Shown here: positions 11,605 to 25,500 of the stretch, in pieces
Position numbering within the stretch: the stretch's first letter is position 1
Layout of the letters: every line of letters starts with the position of its first letter
Translations under genes and position numbers: made by a program
DNA from: Anthoceros angustus
Taxonomy: Eukaryota > Plantae > Anthocerotophyta
Assembly: GCA_010909165.1 (NCBI GenBank)
Contig: VJWM01000349.1
Location: 1-47,436, forward strand
DNA: 47,436 nucleotides
Direction: 5' to 3'
The notes under the pieces: model-generated
What the model was told of the DNA's origin: nothing
What the model saw: the letters and a program-made list of their open reading frames with translations, nothing else
Databases searched by the model: none

Positions 11605-11630
11605 TCAGCTTTGGATTCTATCTTCCTTGA

Positions 11631-12210
11631 ATGATGCCGAGTCGCGAAAGCCCGCGTAGGTGGTATAGAAGAGGCAGCCGCACTCGCCGTGGAGGAATCT
11701 CTCCTCCACAAGCACATGGCACCCCCCTAGAAACTATTCTAGACCTGTATGAACAGGATTACCCCTACATCGGTCAAGGACTTTGCTACTTGAGCACTCG
11801 GGACCGGGCGAAGATCACGTCCATTACAAGCAGAATCACATGGTTGACAATGCATGCAAGATGCGCCAAGAGGGTCGAACCACGATTTGTTTTATCGCCG
11901 ATCAACAAATCCTCACGGCTCCTCCCGTCCAGAACTACCATGTGATTGTCCTGCACCCAGCGACAAGGGCGATCAAGACGCCGTAGCTAGACTATTTGCA
12001 AGCGTCACTAGGGTCGAGAGATCCTTATCTGAAGTGCTGTCGAATCAGGAAGAAATCAAGACCAGAGTTGATCAACTTGATAACCTGTCAGGACGAGCAA
12101 TCATAGCGACAGCAAGCTCAATCAAATACCAGATCAATGAAGTGGTTGATCTCATGAAAAAGATTGAGCTTGGGCCCAGGAGGAGAAATCAACATATCTC
12201 CCTCCGGTGA
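11631..12210 (+). pseudogene. Possible extra ORF in the copia leader (about 190 aa with one frameshift; basic N-terminus, coiled-coil C-terminus)
   Basis: Overlapping ORFs 11631-11945 and 11854-12210 (VARLFASVTRVERSLSEVLSNQEEIKTRVDQLDNL); no recognised family. Confidence 0.4.
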
Positions 12211-12709
12211 TTGCATCTTGACCATTTCCGCTGAGCGGCGAGGCTGGCGCTGGCGGGCGACGCTAGCGTCACCAATCTTGATGAGCGTCGCGCATCCTCC
12301 ATGTCACTCGCGGCCATCTTGTAGCGTCGACCCCCTTTCGCATCTCAGGACCTCAGGATCCAGAACCTACGATCGCGCCTCTTCACACATTCTGGATACG
12401 CGACGGTTTAGTTAGGTTCAATCTCTTCACCAAGAACACTTCCTTCCCTGCGAATCAAATATTAGAAGTCCTGCAAGGAAAGTCAATCAGCGCGGTAACA
12501 TTGTAATTAGTGTTTTCTCTTCCACAAGTCATAACTTAAGGAAGGTCACATTACGCATGTACCTAGCGTCTATAGATCAAGCCCGCTTGGTCGTCTCAAC
12601 TTCTGATCCGGGCGAATACCACCTCATCCATGGCTTACGGCTCGGGGCGGCTCTCCCAATCTTGCGGGACCATCCTTTACCTCTGAACTCAAAGAAAAGG
12701 ATCGATTCA

Positions 12710-15700
12710 ATGGAACAAGATACCAAGTCTGGAAAGTTTGAATGAAGTCCACTTTGGTTGCGAGGTGTCGGGCGTAGTCGATGCTACACTTAAGAAACGA
12801 CCACTCTCCTCCTCCTTGATTAATGACATCCAAAAGTGGGACCAAGCGAACTCAATAGCACTTGCTCTACTTATTGGAGGCACGGATGCGACCTCGTGCA
12901 CGATGTCGAGTATCTCACCGATTCTTGAGATTTGGAATCAACTTGCAGCCACATATGGGCAATATTCTTACCCTATGTGCGCCAGGAATTCTATGTGAGG
13001 GAGGGAGACAAAGTGGCATCTCATGTCACCAAGTTCCGCCACCTGAGAGCTCAAATAGTTGCCCTTGGCTGCAAGATGGACGAGGTGGAGGCTGTTGCTC
13101 AACTTTTGAGCAGCCTCCCCTCCTCCTACCAAAATTTTATCTCCACACAAAATGGACCCATACGAATTGCTCATCAAGCATCCTCTGCTGGTAACCCTGT
13201 CACCATTAAGCTTGAAGAAGTTATTGGTGCCCTTTTTCAGGAAGAGCAAGGACGCCTATTTGCCACGTGGATCTAGAAACAAAAGCCCGACAAGGTGCTT
13301 ACTCGGTTTAAGAAATCAAGGGGACACACGGTGGTCGGGTCGATGGTGCCCCATCTTCTCAAGTGCCCAAGCGGACGAAGCTATCGTGTGGTGGGACATT
13401 GGGCACGTGAGTGCCGCAAGAAGAAAAGGCGTGGTGAGCCACACGACCACAATCCACAAGACCGTCGGCAAATGTTGTTGTCAAGGAGAAAGGAGAAAAC
13501 TCTAAGGCTACGGTGAAGATCCTCACGTCAGAGGACAACTTCATCACACGCCATGTGATGATTGGTTCTGGACTCAGAGCCCGCTCATATCTGCAACAAC
13601 AAGAATTTATTTTCTAGTTTAACAATGTGCGAATGAAGGATAAAGTCCCTTGGTGATGAAAGGAGTGACACTAGCCTTAAAGTTGAAGGACATGGGCAAT
13701 GTACCTTCATTCTCGGCGACAACACAACTTTGAAGATCGATGGAGTTCTATTTGTACAAAATGGCCAAGAATCTTCTCAATGAGCAAGATCATGCGAGCG
13801 TATGAGATACGTGTCGTGATGATACTGCTGCTTTACAGGAAGAATTCCTTTGGCGCATGTGCATTTAGAGGTATCCTCGACCATGACTTGTCTGAGTTAG
13901 AAGAGGTGTTCTCCTTCATCCTGTAAGTCATTCTTCGTTTTCATCAATATGAAGTCAACCCATTAGCATCTCGTAGCCATGCGCTAGGACACGCTAACAT
14001 AAACTTATTGACATGTCACGCATAGGTTGCCACAGAGAACCCCTACACCGCTTGTTTTAGGATCTTCCCATCGTGAGTCGTGCATCCTTGCCAAAGCGGA
14101 AGAGCTACCATTCCCCAAAAGCCATAGAGCAAAGACATCCTTGCACTTGTGCATGCGATATCTCTGGAAAGATCCACGAGCCATCTCTAGGTGGAGCAGC
14201 ACTATCTAACCCTCAGACGACTTTAGTCGGTACTCTTGGACCTTTCCCATGCACCAGCGACACTCTCATGCACTTTAGCGTGGCTCCCACTTGCACAAAG
14301 ACAATCGGATGCCTACTTAAAGTCCTCAGCGGTGATAATGGGATGAATTTGTCAACAATGCCTTTGATGATTACCTTCAAGAACAGGCATTCAAAGACAA
14401 CTTATTGTTCCATACACTCAGCAACAGAACGGAGTTGCTGAACGTAAAAATCAGACGCTACTTGGAATGACCAGGAGCATGCTACTACATGCCAACTTAC
14501 CTCAAGAGTATTGGGCGGAGGGTTATACGACGTATATATATGAGGATACTTACCACATCCGGACAAACTCCTTATGAGGTTTTCTCGCATCGAAAGCCTA
14601 GTTTGCTCCACCTCCGAGTATTTGGATCCAAGGCCTTCGCCTATATTCCCTAAAAACGCAAAGTTAGAGGACCGAGCTCAACGCCTACTTTTGTGGGTAC
14701 GGTGAACATGTGAAAGCGTACAAACTCTATGACCCGACACTCAATCATTAGTCCTTGCCCAGTGTCACCTTCAGAACCTTTGCACACATTACTACCAACC
14801 CACACCCTCTAACCCTTTAGAGGAGTAGATGCAAATGAAAGCTTTGATCTCACCTTCCCTACGGATGACGTGAAGAACCTCCAACCTTCCATCCGCAGAT
14901 GTAGATGACTCTATAGAGGCTCCCCCATGTTGCCCCTCACCCTCAGTGACCCGGGTGAACCAGATGATCTCGCAAATGATAGTTCAAATTCGGGATGAGG
15001 AGGATGTCACCGGACCCCGTTGACTGAGAACGACTCTCTGAACTACCCCTACGACGCTCCACACGCCATAGGCCACCTCACCTGGTTAGAACCCTATTAT
15101 CAATCCATCGATTTTCGAACATCTTGATTTTGGTGCTATACAGAATATCCTCCGAGGAACCCCTATCATACAAGGAAGCCCTCCATGGCCCATTGCTCCA
15201 AGTGGCGGGCATGGAGGATGAATACCAATCTTTGCTCAAGAACAAGACTGCAAATCGACCTCCCACCGACGCAAAGCCATCTCTTGTAAGTGGGTTTTAA
15301 ACTTAAACTCAACAAAGGGGATTGCGGATACAAAGCCGGTGGTGGCAAGAGGATTTACCAGTTGAGGGCCTAGATTACCGGAAACATTCTCACTTGTTCG
15401 AGCACAATCCATTCGCATCTTCGCTCGCAGAGTTGAACCTTGACTTACAGAAATGGATGTGCACGGCCTTCCTCTATGGAGACCTGGATGAAGACACATG
15501 GTGCACAAGGATATGAAGATCCCGAACATCCCACCAAAGTGCTTAAATTGCTCAAGTGTATATATGGACTAAAACAAAGTGGCGAATATGGTATATCACT
15601 ATGCATATTTACCTTTCGATATCCTTTGTCCAAAGCACAGACTCTAATGTTTACCGACTCGGTCGAGGCGGCGTCATATTAGCCTATATGTTGACGATGT

Positions 15701-16535
15701 CATTCTTGCCACAAACAAGAACACTCATTGGCGATGTTAACAAAGCTAAGTACCAAGTTCGAGATGAAAGACATCGGAGAACTTAAATCTTTGGGAGTTC
15801 AAATCTTAAGTGCGAGAGGAAGGGCTCGATAGTTCACCAAAGATAAATATATCAATGATATTTTGCAAGTTCAAACTTGTGACTAGACCCTCGACTACTC
15901 CTTTCGCTATGGGCGTGAAACTTACCATCTCCCGGCCCACAATCCCGAAGAAATTAAGGACATGAAGGATGTCCCCTGCATGGGTTGCGATCTAATCTTC
16001 TTAGCGAACGACAAGGCCGGATATCCGATCTGTAAGCACAGTATCACAATTTGGAGAATCCGTGAAGAACACATTGGGCTGCTTGTGGATTTTCCGCTAT
16101 CTCAAAGGAACCCACAATTATGGACTCTTCTATCGAAGGACCGGATCAGGGGCTACGCTGGATTATCTTCCTACACTGAATTGGTCGTGTAAAAAGCAAT
16201 CTTCCATAGCCTGTCTTCCACGTAAGCGGTACAAATCATTGACAGATGCTTCAAAGGAGGCTGAATGGGAAAGGACCTTCCTTCATGACCTCGACCCGGA
16301 CCAGACACCTACCCTATCATGTGTGATAACATGTCTTAGCCCTTGTAGCCCCACGCTTTCACGCACTAAGCATATAGAAATTCAACATCACTACATTAGA
16401 GATGTGGTGGGCGTGAGTCGTGAAGGTGGGTTATGTGCACACAGACTAACGTCGCGCGTGCTAACGAAGGATTGGCAAAGCATAAACACTACCAACATCT
16501 TTCGGGGCTGGGCACTATACCAAGTATTTGGATAA
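12710..16535 (+). pseudogene. gag-pol: Copia gag-pol polyprotein (frameshifted)
   Basis: Gag EGDKVASHVTKFRHLRAQIVALG...LLSSLPSSY and knuckle GHWAREC; protease WVLDS near 13565; integrase QQNGVAERKNQTL near 14420; RT TAFLYGDLDE, CIYGLKQSG, YVDD near 15686; RNase H RTKHIEIQHHYIRD. Confidence 0.92.
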
Positions 16536-17202
16536 CTTATCCGGTGGGGTGGGGTGGGAACCCGAAGGTTCCCTTGGGAATTGTGTTGTGCTCGCCTCCT
16601 TGGAGGAACACGGAGCTCGACCGCACACATTTCACATTAGTGAAACGAAGAGGGAGATGGATGCCTTGCGGAGGATGAAGCTTACCTTAAGACCTAATCT
16701 CCAACGCGATACTTCTCTCATATGGCTTCACATCCTCTTTGTCACCCACGGTGGTGCCTCGTCACGACATAAGCTCCGGCTCTTATTCTTTCCATGGATC
16801 TTTAGCTTAGCCGTGATTGGGGCCGCATGTATGGTAAGCGCATCCCGTTGATGCTCTTGCTCCTCCGTCCTTCCCCTCGACCCGGCAAAGGACCATGTTT
16901 AGCGTGGCATTGACCGCGGCTACATTTGTTCCAGTGTGGGACATGGTGTCCACAGTGGTGATTACCGACGACGGTGAATCCTTCTCATGGATTATCCTTC
17001 CTCTCCTTCTACGATACACTTGAGCACTCGTAGCTCGTTCCCCTTGAGTCCTCATGCTTTCGATTGTCTGCGTGGAGTAGTGCTCGAGATGAAGGCATAA
17101 GCGAAGCCAAATGCAGTAGTAAAGAGGATGGTGAAGTCGGGCGTGTTTTCGCTAGGCAGGCGTGTGTGAGCGGTTTACCTAACCTAGCTTACCTTTAGAA
17201 AG

Positions 17203-17338
17203 TGTTAAATATAAAAACTAGTTAGGGTTGGTCATGTGAACCGTTTTGAGTTGCATATATAGTGAGGCCATATGTATTTGTTCAACACACTTTTGTTGAA
17301 TCATTTTTACAAAGTCTGTTTTGCTCCTAAAATAAACA
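17203..17338 (+). repeat. Copia 3' LTR (136 bp)
   Basis: Direct repeat of 11443-11592 with TG...CA ends. Confidence 0.93.
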
Positions 17339-17872
17339 TAGTTAGCCCACCGAGCTGGCCACCAGCCGAGAATAGGAGTGTAATAAAGATGCCAACCCAT
17401 GTAGTATAAGAGGGCTGAGTGCTCTAGTAAAGGATCTTTCTCTTGGTGTTGATGCGCGTTCCTTCACCCTTGTGCTCGCTAACGTGAGTCTCCGAGTCTT
17501 TGGAAAGGTGCACGGCTGCCTCGGAGATCGATCCAGTCCCGTGACGGACCTAACATATGGTGGTGTGCAGACAACGACCGGGACCCTTGCTCGTCCGAGC
17601 AACCTAACGTGGCTGGACCCAGGTGAGCGGAGGAACTCCGGAGGCGTGTAGAGCCGGATGGAGAGGCCAGTGAATGACGGAGGAGGTCCGACCACGAGCC
17701 GCCCATTTTTTCAAGGACGTTGAGTGTCGCGAGAGATGTGGAGATTTTGGCGTGAGTGATTTTAGATGAGTGTAACGAGAGTGGTAAGAGGGATGACAGA
17801 AGTACGAGGGACTGACGGAATGATATACGACGCAAACGAGTCTAAACGCTTGGCCTCACCAGCCCTGTCGGT
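17339..17872 (+). mobile_element. Fragment of a family-D-like LTR (host of the copia; its left part is 11352-11442)
   Basis: GAATAGGAGTGTAATAAAG...GTAGTATAAGAG...ATCTTTCTCTTGGTGTTGATGCGCGTT aligns with 43150-43590. Confidence 0.7.
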
Positions 17873-18267
17873 GGACATCACGGTAGATAATAGCATGGAA
17901 GCGATAAGCGATGTGTTTGAGTCCGAACTACGTAAACGATCAAACGCCACAACGGAGCCCATCATTCTCTTGGGAGCGGACCCCTTAGTACAACAACACG
18001 GATTATGCGCTACCGCTATCAAAAGTCGCGCCACGAATCTTGAAGGCAAACACATCGACATACTCCCTAAGCACACTACAAAACTCCTCTTCTCCGTCCT
18101 AGATACTTAGAAACCTTGACTATCTTGCTAGGTTCTAACTCCAAGTCTTCTACTCCCGGTCTACATATGTCCCTCCTGACCGCCACCTACTAGTTCCGAG
18201 ATCCTCTCTCGGAAAATCACGATCATAGGCCTTACCCCTCCAAAAGGCTACTCCTTCCCTATGTGCC

Positions 18268-18846
18268 TCATCCTTCCGACTCTTCTACGACATCTTCTAC
18301 ATGCAAGCAGGAATACACCAAATCACTCTTTATTTCGGCGACCTCAACTGAGGGTCCCCGGTAGGCTCGGTCACTGCCCGAGGAGCTTACCCCCGTACTT
18401 CCCGAGGTGTACCCATCGGACTGGAGCGCGGACTCCCCCTCATAGGGTGCCTTGCTCCATGACACGAACGCGACCTCTGCAGGTCCCTCCCTACTTGACT
18501 TGAAGGTGACGCCACTACGACCGAAATCAAAGACACAAGAGGTACCATAAAGCCAAGGTCTGCCTATCAAAACCTTATAGCCTAAATCCGACACGGGCCT
18601 CATAACAATGTAGGTGAGGTGGAAGGCGAGACCTCCAATCACAGTTGGTACGTTCCTCAACACTCCCAGTGGCTTCCTCCTTGTTTGGTCAGCCATCCGC
18701 AAAAATACTCGGACCGGATGAAACTTGGTGAACCCAAGTTGATGAGCTGTTTCCTCCGTCATCAAGTTGACTCCCGATCCTGAATCCAATGGCACATTGG
18801 GCACCAAGCATCCCGCAATCTCAACCTCAATCTCGGGTGCCCCCAA
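18268..18846 (-). pseudogene. pol: Gypsy aspartic protease
   Basis: IEVEIAGCLVPNVPLDSGSGVNLM...LRMADQ...YKVLIGRPWL: retropepsin DSG motif and the distal hydrophobic-GR motif. Confidence 0.92.
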
Positions 18847-19308
18847 ATCAACAAGTTACCCACGTCACCTCCGCCGGCCTCGTCCCCTATAGCCTCGGGG
18901 ATGCCCCGATCGCTTCCTTTACAATCTTGGGACCTTGACTTCATAGCAACCGCCTCAAGTTGACCACGGTCACAATGTGTCAATGGAATCGAGATTTTAT
19001 CGACAAGGTTTCCTCCTCACATGACCACGGTCGATTCCGACCTTATTGGTAAACTTCCCGAATCCATGGTCCATCCTCGGGTGGGACTCCATACCGCGGC
19101 TCCACAATGTCTCGGCTCCCTTCTCCCTCGAATGTTGGGTGAGCCGCTCAACTCTTCCTCCAAAGATTGCCGCCACTTACTGGTCGAGACGAGAAACGTA
19201 GACCATTCCTCCCCTCATTAGCTTTTCCTGCTCCGCTACCGAGGTGCCGCCTACCCCTCAGAGTGCCGACCACTGCAGTGAGTCCGCCTACCGCCCCGGT
19301 AGGTGGGG

Positions 19309-20143
19309 TCATTCCTCCCCTCCTCGGGCGGCTGCCTCCGGAGGCCAAGGTGAGTCATCCCTCACCTTCCTCCGCTTCCTTTCTTCCTCGTGGCCGCGCC
19401 TCTTTTCCGACCTTCGATCCTTCTCCCGTCGCTCCGATCTGGTGGTCACCTTGGCCACCATCAATCCTTCATCCGCGCTCATCTCTCCCTCATACCCTTC
19501 TTCCACAATTCCTGATGTCACACTGGAGTCGTCGAGGAAATCGTATTCCGCCTCCACCTTCAGCATGGGCGTCGTGGTTACTGTAATCGCGGTTTCAGGG
19601 TTGGTTCGTGTCTCCTCCGCCGCAGGCTCCGTGAACCTGACCCCTGGTCGCGTTGGTGCCACTCGCGCCACACCCGAACACCTGGGATCCCCCATCTTAT
19701 GCCCCAATTCCTTGCATACCTGACAAAAGGGCACATAACCCACTTGCTTTCGGGGTTCTGGGCAATCATTCGAGTAATGTCCTAGTGTGCCACAATTATA
19801 ACAACATCCTTGTGGAATTGCCATCGGCCTTTGTGATGGATCAGGCCTCCATGGACCTGGCGACGTCGGTCGCGATCCATACCTCGAGGGTACTGGTGTT
19901 GCAGGTTGGTAAGTTGCCCTCATGGATTGAGGTGGCCGACTTCCGGTGACCGCTTGCACCTGGTAAGCTTCATCCACATACCAATAGTCCCCAGGCATGA
20001 CGGCTTCCACATGGTTTACAGCATGCCGTGGTGCACAAATACATTCCCTGTTGGTGTGTCCCATTTGATGGCAAATTGAGCAATACACCAACTGTCTCGC
20101 CGGCGAGGGAGACCTCCGTGGAGCTTGGTTCTTCACTGCCTTG
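19309..20143 (-). pseudogene. gag: Gypsy gag C-terminal segment with three zinc knuckles
   Basis: CSICHQMGHTNREC and CYNCGTLGHYSNDC (CX2CX4HX4C), CQVCKELGHKMGDPRC (CX2CX4HX6C). Confidence 0.9.
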
Positions 20144-22557
20144 TGTGGGAGGCAGATCCCGGGGCTCCCGAGATTCACCCTCTAGTGGCCACACTTATCC
20201 CACTATCCGCTAAGTACAATAGGTTTCGTCCCATGAGACTCTTGTTTGTCGGGTCACTGTCCAAGGCACAAACCACACACCTCTTCCACACCCCCAAGCT
20301 CCCTCAGTGGAGCAACCTCAACTCACTCCGCAGGCGGCCCCACGCCTCCGTCTTTCCTCCGTCAATCACTTCGGACCTACAATGACACCCCTCGACTATA
20401 GGTCCACACCCCGCGGCGGTGGGTGAGGCTACGCCGTGGGACCCCCTCGTTGCAGCGACTTCACCACCGTGATCTTCCACTATTCCTTTCCCATTGCCTT
20501 CCCACAATTGGCATCCTCAACCACCAACTCGGCGGCAGCGCTCCCATGTTGCTCCGGGAATCGCCTCGGGACCTACCCAACAACAAACAATTGTAGGGCC
20601 TACCCTCCTACCACTTGTAGGAGTTGTAGGAGATCTGGCTGGTGGGCGGCACACCCTCATTCCTACGTGGGAGGAGACACCCTATCCCAGCATGCGCGTG
20701 CATCCTACCACCGGTAGTCGCACTGGCCGGACATAGGTTACCTCGCCCTAGTTCAAGGCCTCTCCAACTTCCGAGGCGCTCCAACTACAACTGGCGCCCA
20801 CAAAACTCCACACTAGCGGCCACGACACCTCCCTTGCTCGTCCATCTCGCTCACGGACCTGGACATCCTACGGTCGTAGGTCCCACCCTCTGGTGTCCAT
20901 CCCTCACACAAGGGACCCCCTAGCGGCGACTTCTCCACCCGTGATTTTGAGACCTTAGCTTCCGGTCTCGGTTTGGTGCAGTTGGGACCCCTCCCTTAGG
21001 CTCGACTTGGGCCTTCTTCTTACTCCTAATCTCTACCTACTCCTCTACTCAACATTCAACTCCACATTCTCCTCAACACTCACCTCAACTCAACTCCTCA
21101 TCCTCCTAATCTAACCTTACTTCAAGCTCACCTAGCCCTTACGGCACAACACAGGGTGCCCTAAGCCAACAAGTTCTTCCTTGGGCGGGGTTGCTATGAG
21201 TTTGCACAGGGCGAGAACCTCCGAGTCTTTCCATAGTCTACCCTCAAGCAGAGTTCCTTGGGCATCGCCACACACCCAAAGCAAAGCAATTTCCAACCAT
21301 TCACAGGGGAGCAACACCGGGCGCCCGCAAGGCGAGCCCTCATAAGCACTCCACCATAAACTCCTCTCTAACCTTCCGTTAGCTTCACGAAATTCCTTCA
21401 CAAGGAGCAAAGGACTCGCAGTTTGGGAAAGGCCGATATTTTCTTCTCAAACGCCTTATAGGGCTCATACATAAGGCCTCCCTTGGCCACACCTCCCCTT
21501 ACTTTTCCCTCGTTCTTCCTCAACCACTATAAACTAATAGCCGCCTAAAGCCGCATTAAAACCACTACCCACTCGCTTTCGATCATCATGACAATCACCT
21601 AGAAAACTCTCAATCTCCCTATTTTAACAATAAGTATGACTGGCTGCGTTAAAATCCTAAGAGTTCTCACTCCAAATCCTAACCAATCTACCATAAATCC
21701 TCCACTTGCCTCGGCATTGACTCCTAGCAGTGCTCCGCATAATTCCACAGTGGTTCCTCTGAGCCACACACACTCAACATCATGAAATCTAAAGCTTGGT
21801 GGAGAAGAGACCCATGCTCTTCCGTGGTTTGCCTCCATCCCTCCACAATTATGAGCCTCCACTTGTCATCCCCAATATTTTCACAATGAGCTCACTCCAA
21901 GCTACCAACCCCTTCAATTACCTCCATGGCATCTCTGCCGTCGCCTTGTGATCCTCGGATGTGGGCCACCCTCTACACCTCCTACGGACATAGGGTCAAC
22001 TTGTTATACCTCCCTCGGACGTGGGTCAAATTCTTCTCGCCTCCACACTCTCCACTACAGAAGGTCTCCGTGAGATCTTGCTCCATGCCTTCCTCTTCCT
22101 CCTCCAGTCATCCTCGGCCTTCCATACACACCCGGATGTGTTGGGCTGTCGGCCACCAGATCGGTCCTTGCATCCCTATTCTCCGTTCCTCAAGTTCCTC
22201 TGGCTCCCTAGCGGCAGCTTGCCCTTCTTAGGTGCAGGCGCTTTCACCATCTTACACCCTTCAAGATAACTGCACAAACAAGCTTGCACACCCCACCTTG
22301 TTTCTACCTAGTCGCCACCTATTTCTACACATAATTTACGAGCTTTCTTCACTTACAAAATCCACCAAGAGAGCGACCTTTCACTTACTTCCTCTTCACT
22401 CACAGTCCCACCTAGCTCAAGCAGCGTCCTCACAGCATACAGCTCTTTATGCGCCCAATCCCTCACTTGCAAGGTCCAGGCACGAAAAATTTAGCCCGTG
22501 CCCTCTTCCATTTGCTTCAAATCCTTCACACAACTCCTTTGCACCTTCTCCTTACAC

Positions 22558-25500
22558 CTAGGCCTTAAAGTTTGGGCAACCCAAAGCAGGGAGGAGACAA
22601 GTTTGATTTTTTTGGCTAGCGATTGAAGAAGCATGCGAAAAATCTTGGAAAAGTTGTAAAATATTGTTAGGAAGGCGAAGAGGATATCCCGGGGAAGAAG
22701 AATGGGTCAAACGACCCCAGAAGCGGAGGCGTCAAAGGTAGGTGAGACTACGCCGTGGGCTGCCACTCTGGTGAGGAAGCGGACTACATGTGGTGGCAGA
22801 CTACCGTGGTAGGCTGACGAATCTCGGCTAAAAAGGAAATTTAGAATAGAGGGGGGATATCCACTATATATGCTCACCAATAGGGGAATAAATATATAGA
22901 GTAATTAGAAAGCGGTTAATTAGGGATAGCGGGCAGGATAGGAAAATAGGTAGTTTAGATAGAATTAGGATTTTGGAATGATGAACCCAATCTAGGGTTG
23001 TAGCCGCCAGGTGGCAGACATCTAAGGAGGGCAAAGTGCGTTTGGGCGCTTCTCCACTTCAAGACAGAGAGGCTGGCGTTGGACGCAAAGGAAGGAAGAG
23101 GCGCCATCATGCGAAGAGAGGCGCCATCGCCACGAGCAAGCGGGAGTGAGGCAAGGGGGCGCGCCATCGAAAGGAGAACCCAACGCGGTGGCGGTGGAAG
23201 GAAAAGCGGCGGGCAAGTGGGACTCGCACGCCTCGGCCGGAGAGGAAAGTGTGGGCGAGCGCCAGAAGCAAACTGCGTGGTCATAGAATTGAAGGCGGGA
23301 AGGCGTTGCGAACAATCGGCGGCGCCTGGAAGAAGGACAACGGGAGGAGGCGGCTGAAAGACTCGCCAGGCTAACGTGTCTGCGGTGAAGTGGTTGCTAC
23401 CCCAAGGGAGGTTTGGAAGAAGTTTGGGAGCACTTTGGCATTGGAAGTAATTCCTTCCTTTGAAACACTTGGAAAGGAAGCGCCATGCCTCGAGGAGGAA
23501 AAGGCAAGGGAAGGAGCCGCAGCAAAGGCTCTACCTCGCGAGAAGGAAAAGGGCAAAAAGCGCGGAGGCTACGCCGCGAGGAGGAGCTTTTGATGCCACA
23601 ATTCACGTGCTGGGGCAACTCAAAGATTTAGTGATTTCGGCGTGGGCGAGGAGAGAGAACATCCAATTGGGATGGGTGTATGGCCGCCAATGGGCCTACA
23701 CCAATTTGGAATTGATTGAGGAGTGTTCATCAACCTCCATCAATCGGAGCGCCCGCCGCGGAAAGGAATGCTCGCGGATCCTGGGCGTGAGCATTCGGTG
23801 TATGGGAGGGGAGGAGAGCTCTTGCTCTCCTCGAAAGGTCGAATGGAGGAAGAGGAGCCCTCTCGATTCCACAAATTCCTCGACATGATGGATGGGAGTG
23901 AAGGCCCATGCCAAGAATGGCTGGAAAGCAGAGCATCAAGGAGGCTGGAGGCTCTTTGCAAAGATTGTTGGGGTTGGTAAATTACCAGGACTTCTTATTT
24001 CAGCACCAACTTCCTCCAATTTTGTGGAAGATTTCCATGGAGGAGCCAAGCATTGGGGCACCATCATGTATGAGGCCTACATCCACCAGGAGAAGCTCCT
24101 CAAGCCAAATTCGGTGGATGAGGAAGGGCCAAGGCCACTACCTTAGCACCTATTTGGTGCATTTGTGGGAAAGCAGGGACTTCTCACAAGCAAGGAGTTG
24201 GAAGATGCTTGGCATCCTTGAGATAATCCATCTCCGCCCTTGGAAAGGCCTTTGCCTTTTGCATTGAGGAAGGCGGTGGGGAGGGACCTCCACAAGCATG
24301 CTAGAGCAAGGAGGATGTGGAGGCAACAAGGTTGCGGGGTGGGAATCTTTTCCCCAGAGCAAGAAGAGGAGAGGAGCGGCCGAGGAAGGCCGAATGGTAG
24401 TCTATGAGAGGAGGACTACCGGGAGGGTGGCACCCCAAGGGTGGGGAGTCCCCACCATCTCATTTGTGCCTAGGAGGGCCACCTACCGGTGAGGCGGCCT
24501 ACCCAAGGTGGGCACTACCGTGGTGGGGAGTCTACCACGGTAGGGCGGACTACCGTGGGAGCACCCTCGCGGTGGCGGCACCCTGTGGTGCGACCCTCTG
24601 GTAGGAAGGAAGAAGCGGCCCGGGCGCCTCCGCTTGGAGGAAGCGGATGGAGGCGGCAGTGAGGGACCCGCCGCGTGATGGCGATGGCAGAGCTGGAAAT
24701 TTCCAGCAAGAAGAGGAGGAATTAGGGCCCTAGGAGAATTCTTGAGTGCTTGTGAAGCACTCGGCGTGGATTTGAAGGGGCTAGGGAGACGCTCCTTGTG
24801 GGCATGCCGAGGAAGTGAAAGCCCAAGACATGGCGGAGGAAGGCGGGGACCAAATGGCAATTGGAGGCCATGGAGTCCGATGACAAGTGGAGAAGGGCAG
24901 AGAAGCTCCAGCGACCTCATGGATGGAGGCGGAGAAGGTCCTAGGGGAAGGTTGTCACAGAGAGAGCCATTCGGGCAACAACCCAAGGATTCATGGAGGC
25001 AAAAGGCGGAGGAGCATTTTGCCCAATTAGAGCGAGCGAAAGGGCAAAAGCGGAGGCTCGGAAGGGAGAAGGTGGCGGTCCAAATGGGCCGAAGCAGTGA
25101 TGGCTACCCAAGCCATCAAAATCCGGACATGGAAGAATTGCGGACCGGTAATTTGGAAGAGGCGAGCTGGAGGCTCAAGACCTAAGACCAAGAGTTGGGC
25201 CGAAGAGTGCTTGGCGGAGGAGAGGAGACTTGCCAAGCTGGCACTGGAACAAAGGAGGTTCCAAGGAGGAGCACCACAAGAAGGTGGTGCAGATCTTGGT
25301 GGTGAGGAAGATTTTGGGCGGACTATGCCCTTGAGCAAGATGGCCAGCAGTGGGAAGTGAGGAGGAGAATGTGACCCTCCATGTCAAGGTGGGGAATTGA
25401 CCACCTCAGGGGCCTACAAGGTAGGTGTGAGGATGGAGAGTGGCCACGGAGATTGATGATCTCCAAATGCAATATCATAGCTTGGGGCTCACCTCCACAA

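Larger units (their letters stand above)
11443..17338 (+). mobile_element. Full-length Ty1/copia retrotransposon with short LTRs (frameshifted)
   Basis: Two direct-repeat LTRs, iMet PBS, gag-PR-INT-RT-RH order. Flanks TAGCA and TAGTT match only 3 of 5 as a TSD. Confidence 0.93.
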
